64,000 bases of DNA from Microbotryum violaceum (lineage: Eukaryota): assembly GCA_001244265.2 (NCBI GenBank), contig CDLV01000021.1, positions 1-64,000 on the forward strand. The letters are read 5' to 3'. The notes under the pieces were generated by a model. The model had not been told where the DNA came from. It was given only the letters and a program-made list of their open reading frames with translations, and ran no database searches. Shown here one piece after another: positions 57,701-64,000 of the stretch (position 1 is its first letter; each line of letters starts with the position of its first letter). A program made the translations under genes and the position numbers.

Positions 57701-59099
57701 CTCGCGGAGAAGAACGTTTGAAACGTCGAACTCTCGCGCAGCACCTTGTCCCCACTCAAATCGGTCAACCAATTCCCAAGCTCGGTAACGTCCATGATGG
57801 ACATGTCCAAGCTATTTGCCCTTGCGCTTGAGGATGAAGAAGACGACGCTCGACGAGGCGAAAGTGTTCGTTGAAGGGTCGCGAACACGGCGGTGCGTGA
57901 TTTTTTGGGGGTGAAGGTGATCAAGGGCGGTGTGGGCATCGGCCGAGCGGGGACGCGACCGGGGAAGTTATACCTCAACTGGACGACATGGAATGTAAGA
58001 GCCTATCTCAGCCAAGTGACATGTCGAAAAGCGGGATTGAGCGACGGACGACTCACGTCAGCTTCGAGTTCGGCAACGTCGGCCAGACTCCGACGCAGGG
58101 TCAAGCTCGAGGTCGGTGTTGACACGTAGATCGTCAAGTTCTTCTGCTCCAGGTCATTCTATCGATACAATACTATTCAGCTTTGATTAAGATCGCTTCT
58201 GGTTGAATGCACTCACTGTCCTGCGCCTGAGCCCACTCGTCGATTTACCGCCCCTCGCCAAGACGACCGAAACGACCCAGGCGTCCCTATCCTGAATGCC
58301 CGACACCGTCTTGGGCTCCCTTTGATCCCGTTCCCGCAGTTCGCCTTCCTCCCCTTGCTCGAAAAAGTTCTTCCCCAGCCCCAACCGATCGGCGCTAGGG
58401 ACGCCAACAACGTGTCCGACCGAAGCGGCGGTAAAGGGCGCGGTTGTTGTGCTACCCCTGGATTTGGACGTGGGCGCGCCGGCGCTGGCGACGAAGGGGG
58501 TCGTCGGACTCAGGGACCCGGCGATGGTGTTGAAATTGTGCGGTACGGAGGGCGTCGCGGGGGCGATCCAAGCGTTGGCTTTGACTTGGAAAGAGGCGAC
58601 CATTCTCCTACACCGTCCTTGTTGGCCGAGTCAAACAACACCCGCAGCAGCAGCAGCAACAAGCGACTGAAACCCAACTTGAGGCTGAGCGGCGACAACA
58701 CGTGAACGGGCCTCGCGAAGCGACGCGCCTCGTATGGCCTCAACGACGGCGACAACGACGACGGAACCGTTGACGTCGACGACGTTGACCAGATACAGGA
58801 CCCAAGTGCCCGAGAGCACGAACAAGGGGGAGGACGAGTCCACGAAGCCTGGCCCAAGAGGAGGTGTTGTTGTCTCGAACTAACCCAATCGGTCGAGGAG
58901 ACACCTGGGTCACCGAAACAACCCGGCTCCAGAGTCCGCCGAGAGGGGCACGGGCGAGCGAGTGTTTGGTCCGAAGGTGCCAGCTGCTGAAGGGGCTACG
59001 AGCGAGCGAGTCACCCGTCCGGTGTCGTGTAGGTGTTCGACGCGTCAACAGAGGAGTGACCGAGTCGGCTATCCAATATGAGGACGACCCCAAAGGCAT
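54789..59099 (-). CDS. AGC-group (Ypk/Akt-like) Ser/Thr protein kinase (multi-exon; 5' end uncertain)
   Basis: FEILRVLGKGCAGKVLLVR; FALKAIHK; PFVVRLHYSFHD; ARFYTAEIV; IIYRDLKPENVL..LTDFGLSK; TTTFCGTAEY; VDAWSLG; IKRHPYF. Confidence 0.9.
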
Positions 59100-59523
59100 A
59101 CCAAGTTGACCGAGAAACAGAGGGACGAGGCCCGAACCCTGATCCAGGGCTCAGGCCGATCGTCGTTCTTAGTAGCTGCAGGTCTGGGCTGGTCTGGGCT
59201 ACTATCGGTGTGAACCGGCACCCTATAAAAGCGCAGGCGCGATTATTTGACTTGTTGCCGAAACAGCGACACAGCGCCGAGAGGCGTGCGCCAGCTGAGA
59301 TACAAACCCGCTCATGAGCCATCATCGCTAATCGTAATGCCCAATTATTCCCGTCCGTCCCCAAGTCGGCGGCACCCCACATCTGCCTCCGTTTCAGCTC
59401 GTCGCGATCTCAGAAACGTGCGCCGTCGAGTCTCGATCGTGCGTCGTCAGATCCTCGATCCACAACGCAACAAGCTCAAATCCATCGAGAACAGCCACCG
59501 CCAAAAACTCAATCCTCAATCCC

Positions 59524-62500
59524 ATGGCGCCCAGTTTCCCGCTCGGTGAACACCCTGACGGCGATCCATTCGCGGCGCAAGATCGCGAACGGCAGGCTAA
59601 TTCGCGCCTCGGTCGCATGGAGGCACGCGCCCAACAGGAGGAGCAACAACGCCTCAAGCAAGAGCAAGCAGCCTTACAAGACCGTCGTTCCCACACCAAC
59701 ACCGCAGCACCCACCCGAGCTGGATCATCCACCTCTTCTTCCTACCAAGGACCGAGTACGAACGCGAACGGTACGGGCACAGGAAGTCACCGAACCGCGT
59801 TCACGGTCGCCCCTCCACCTCCAGGGCGCGCCCATCAACGCAACAGTGCCCGTCTATCCTCGCACAGCAGCAACACCACCATTACCACCACCAAGAAGAG
59901 GGAACCCGATCTCGTCATCAGCGACACCGAGGACAGCAGCACGACGCTGAACGCTCAATCCCCGTCGGCGTCTACGGCAGCGGCACCCCGCGCGGTCCAT
60001 CACACGACAAACATACTCCCTGCAAGAAAGCGCCCACGCGGAGAGCACGATCAATCGTTCTCCGTGACAGTACAAAGTGGGATCCCTTGTGTTAGAACGA
60101 CGGTCCCGACGCCTGTCAGAGCTGCCCCGGCGAACGACGAGGCCGATGAACCGATGAGCGACGCGCCCGCACGCGCCGGTGATGACTCGACACTTCTTTC
60201 GACTCCGGCCGAACCGGCGAGGAGAGTGAGAGAGAGCAGTCTCAGTAGCATTGCTTCGTCACCACACGCTGGGCATACTTCCCCCTTACGCACCGGTGAA
60301 GAAGGGGATGAAGAAGAGGACGAGGAAGACGAGGGAGAGGAACAGGAAGAGGGAGAGGGAGATCCCGAAGGAGATGATGATGGGGAAGACGATAATGAGC
60401 AGGACGACGAAGACGAAGACGACGACCATGACGAAGACGACGACGATGACGAAGACGACGAAGACGACGAAGATGATGACGATGATGACGAAGACAGTGA
60501 AGCAGACTCGGAGGACGAGGACAGCAAAGTTGCGGCATCAGTGACTCGACCCAAGACTGTCGATGGTGTTCCGGACTCGGATGAGAATATGGGGTCGCCG
60601 GGCAAGGACTCAAAGCCTGCAACGAATGCAGTCGGTTCAACGTCTAACGGAACTGATGAGAAAAAGGACGCCAAGCCCTCCCCGCCACCACCCGGAATGT
60701 CAGCCGTCCGCCTCACCTACTCGTTCCCACCTCGCGGAACGGACCACGGCGTCCTGCAGATCAACATCGGCGAGATGGCGCGTGAAGCCGGCTATGATCC
60801 CTCCAAAGACAACATCGCTCAAGTCGCTAGCAGTGATGGCGAAGAAGATCACTCTGACGGGAGTGATAGGGATGGGAAGCAGAAGCGCGAAGGGGAAGAA
60901 GCGAAGCCAGGGGAAACGTTGCCTGTCAGGCTGCCGATCCCAGGTGTTGTAGGACCTCCTAAGGTAAGCCTATTCGATTCGAACCTGACAGTTGACAGGC
61001 TGAGCCGATCCTCGTTCGTGACCACAGCTGAAGAAGCGAAGGCGTGCACCCAACACCGTTCTTGGCCGTTTTGGTGGCTACGACGTCGAGGACCCTTTCG
61101 TCGACGATTCCGAGATCAACCTCTACGAGGTAAGCAAGTACCTCGACCCGAGACTTTACGAAAGACTGGCTCACGCCTTTCGAATGGGAGCATTTGGTAC
61201 AGCCCAAGTTCACCGCGCAACCCAAACGTGCGGGGTTCCACGTCTGCGTTGGACCGGTCGCGATCCTCACCAAGAGTCACCGAGGCAGGATTCCGGGGTC
61301 CAAGAACAAGCCCAGGGTCCGTCTGCTCTCAATGTATGTTGCATTACGCTCAGGCTAAATCATCGAGACGTGACCTGTGCCCCTGAACAGGTTTTGGGCG
61401 GACCAGAGGCAGGCGCAGGTGAGTATTCTTCCTTTAGTGAGCTTGGGGGAGCCGCTGATAACAGAGGAACACGATCCTCGCAGATGGACATGCGGCCATT
61501 CCTGCCGCGTCGACATCAGCCTTGCCCACCTTTGGAGCGATTGGACAAGGCGCTGGTGGACCCCCAGTCAAACCTCCGAAGAAGAAGGCGAGTCAAGTCA
61601 AGTCAGACCGAGCGACCGAGCAAATGCACGGGTCTTTGACGTAACTAATTCTTGTTCCTCTAAACCCTTTAGGGCACTTTCTCGGCAGAGATGCAGAAGG
61701 AGATCGATCGTCTCAAAGACGAGGTCGCCAAAGGTCAGTCGAACGCGTGCCAATCAAGTCATACCGCCCGCGTGCTGTTCGGACTGAACTTGGAAAGGTC
61801 CAACTGGCAGAGTCGTTCGAGGTCAAAAACAAGTTTCCCCCTCGCCTTCGACCGATCCTGGTCGACGTTGCGATGCGCGCGCTCGAACTGGACGAATATG
61901 ACGACGACTTCTTCGCCATCATGCCTAAGATATTCCCCTACAATCTCTTCACGATGAAGAAACTCATCAAGCGCGAGGTGTTCCCTAAGCGCATTGCGGC
62001 CTACGAAGCCGAACAAGATCGACAGATCGAGATCATTCGACAGAACGTCGTGGAGTTGTTGCCAATCTCGAAGAAGAACCATGCGGAGGATTATGCGCAC
62101 TACAGGGCTGAAAGGGCGGCGTGGGAAGAGAAGGAGCGCAAGAGGCTTGAAGGGAGTGGGGGGACACCCGAGCCTATACAGGGGGGATTTCCTTCGATTG
62201 CAGGAGTGGCAGCGGCGACGGGTTCCGATGATGAGGACGCGACGGGACCGGGCTTGGCTACGACCGGACGTGAGTCTTGATCTTCCAATGACAATGGAGC
62301 GATATCAGTGTAGAGGCTGACCAATCGGATCCTCTTTTCATTCGCCAGCGCGCGAGCCAATCTACAAGTTCCGCTTCAACGAAGCGATGAGGGTCGCCTT
62401 GTACAATGCGTGCGAGATCGGGGACCGGATGAGCGAACTGATCGTCGAGAAGCAGTGAGTCGACACCGCCTCGTAGACACGAATGGTCTTGGTCTGAGTT

Positions 62501-62856
62501 TGCGGTGGATGGTGTCGCCTTCTCACAGAGAATTGGAGAAGGCCGTCGAACAAGGTCAGAAAGTCCACTCGGCCGCGAACGACCGCAAGATCTTGTATGC
62601 CAAGGTCAGTCAAACCCCGCTAATTCGCACGTGCAGTCTCGTTCCTTCGCGCTGACCGTCAGACTCGCACTTGCTCTTGATCCAGCTTCTCAAATTCTGG
62701 CCTAGTGGGGATATGACCTCCAACCAACTGTCACGAGAGAGTAAGCACACATCCCAAGTTCCCCGATCAAGCACCTCTCACTCACGCCCCGACGTCCCCT
62801 CTCCCACCGCAGTGAGCGCAGCGAAGAACAAGCTCATCCGCCAAAGTCAACGATAG
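59524..62856 (+). CDS. Hpc2/ubinuclein-like HIR histone-chaperone subunit (multi-exon)
   Basis: HRD-type motif GGYDVEDPFVDDSEI (~61073-61120); ESFEVKNKFPPRLRPIL..IFPYNLFTMKKLI block; long acidic tract. Confidence 0.8.
60295..60522 (+). repeat. Coding GAN-rich low-complexity tract (poly Asp/Glu)
   Basis: gacgaagacgacgacgatgac.. encoding ~75 mostly D/E residues. Confidence 0.85.
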
Positions 62857-63493
62857 CACCACAACCCCGCGACCGAAACTTCTCTACCGAAGCTTGTCCA
62901 CCCAATAACCCCTTTGCATCACCCCTTGTATCCAACTGTCCATGCGATTTTTCCTCTTAACACTTTTGTGATGAAGAAAGTCCAAACTTGTTGCTTAGAT
63001 TGCCCAATCGCGTCATGTTCTATGCAATACGACGCGTGTAGTCTACTATGACATCACCCTCCATATGACATGTTTATAAAATCAATAATCTTTTGCGGAT
63101 CAAGTCGATGAAATACTGCTTGAACAAACGTAGTACTCTACACCACCCCCAAACCGTAGAATCAACGCTCGGAAACCCCATCACGTGACGGTCGTTCTGC
63201 TGATTCTGCTAACTTCGACGGGTCAGGAAACACTTCACCCGCGCCTCGACGTTCTCGAAGAGTTGCCAAATTGGGAATCCTTCTCGCTTCCGCTCCGACT
63301 TAACGGCCCCGGGCAAAACCATGCCGCCCGTCGCGCGACATTGTACGTTTCTCTCACAGCATAGAGTCCATGGCAGGGTCTGTTTGCACGATGAACAACA
63401 ACAAATCTGGTGAAAACGCAGAAGCAAGAGAGGAGAGCGAGATATTGGTGAAGAAAGTAAGCGAAGAAAAGCAAACGTGCGCCCAGCGCATTC

Positions 63494-64000
63494 TCAAAAT
63501 TTCGGAGCCGGCATCCCGGGCACGTTCTGGAAGAAGCTCGACCACGAATCGACATCAAAGATGTTCTCCGGCGGCAGCATCATGTTCCCACCCGCGCCTG
63601 CGAAACCACCGTTCATCATCTCGGGGTGGGTGTTGAAGCCGAAGGGGTCGAAATGGTGGCCCGCGATGCCGCCGAGGAACATGTTCGACGTCGCGGAAGG
63701 GTTCCCTTGAGCTCCTGGGTTGATCGAAGGGTTCGCAGAAGTCGATCCGGCTCCATCTGCGTTATTGCTCGGGTCGTTCGCGTTGGTAGCGGCGGCGGAA
63801 AAGTTGAGCATAGGATTAAAGTTCATCGTCGCGAAATCACCAGGTGTCGGCATCGGGGTCAATGTAGGCTCATCGGCAGGTCGATCATCCTCATCCGTAG
63901 GTGCACCATCTTCACGCATTCGATCTGTCTGGCCAGGGGATTCGACAGCGGTTGATCCCGTGACCGATTGCGCAGGTGTCTCGTCCATCGGTCTCGCGTT
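63494..64000 (-). CDS. 3' end of a gene entering from the right edge; possibly a transcription-factor C-terminal activation region
   Basis: Open frame to stop at 63494; acidic/Asn/Gly-rich, ending PENIFDVDSWSSFFQN; product is a guess. Confidence 0.55.
   Translation of the reverse strand, partial: NARPMDETPAQSVTGSTAVESPGQTDRMREDGAPTDEDDRPADEPTLTPMPTPGDFATMNFNPMLNFSAAATNANDPSNNADGAGSTSANPSINPGAQGNPSATSNMFLGGIAGHHFDPFGFNTHPEMMNGGFAGAGGNMMLPPENIFDVDSWSSFFQNVPGMPAPKF

Noticed and set aside
60051-60716. Poly-Ser and Arg/His-rich antisense ORFs
   Set aside because: Shadow frames of the acidic tract in the Hpc2-like gene; most other short overlapping ORFs in the track are likewise GC-rich shadows

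Overview
Eukaryotic, intron-rich, GC-rich fungal DNA. Intron style and a TCG>TTG mutation bias in the repeats suggest a Pucciniomycotina basidiomycete, probably Microbotryum-like (inference). Bases 1 to ~31,880 are a deep nest of LTR retrotransposons: one full-length chromodomain Ty3/Gypsy element and about 13 whole or partial Ty1/Copia copies from at least three LTR families (called A/A', B/B' and C here), with several 5-bp target-site duplications readable. Bases ~31,900-64,000 are ordinary gene-dense DNA: an MFS sugar-transporter pseudogene, RAD2/XPG, dCMP deaminase, a DUF3074-like gene, mitochondrial ribosomal L9, a secreted protein, a CAMKK-type kinase, TMEM14, PRMT5, an AGC kinase, an Hpc2/ubinuclein-like gene and the 3' end of one more gene. 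The most striking observation is that the three Copia LTR families, although unrelated in sequence, share one 3'-end design: a CT-rich tract, a hairpin unit, an AG|GT donor, a tandem copy of the unit with a branch point, and a YAG acceptor that in B and C is completed by the first base after the LTR. Shorter LTR variants in the window match the spliced product exactly (B, A) or to within one base (C), which suggests an intron that can survive or regenerate through retrotransposition. Other highlights are TG...TA LTR termini confirmed by three TSDs, a tRNA-like Pol III unit in the Gypsy LTR and an FFDD reverse transcriptase motif. Exon boundaries were read by eye and many TE frameshifts may be long-read errors.
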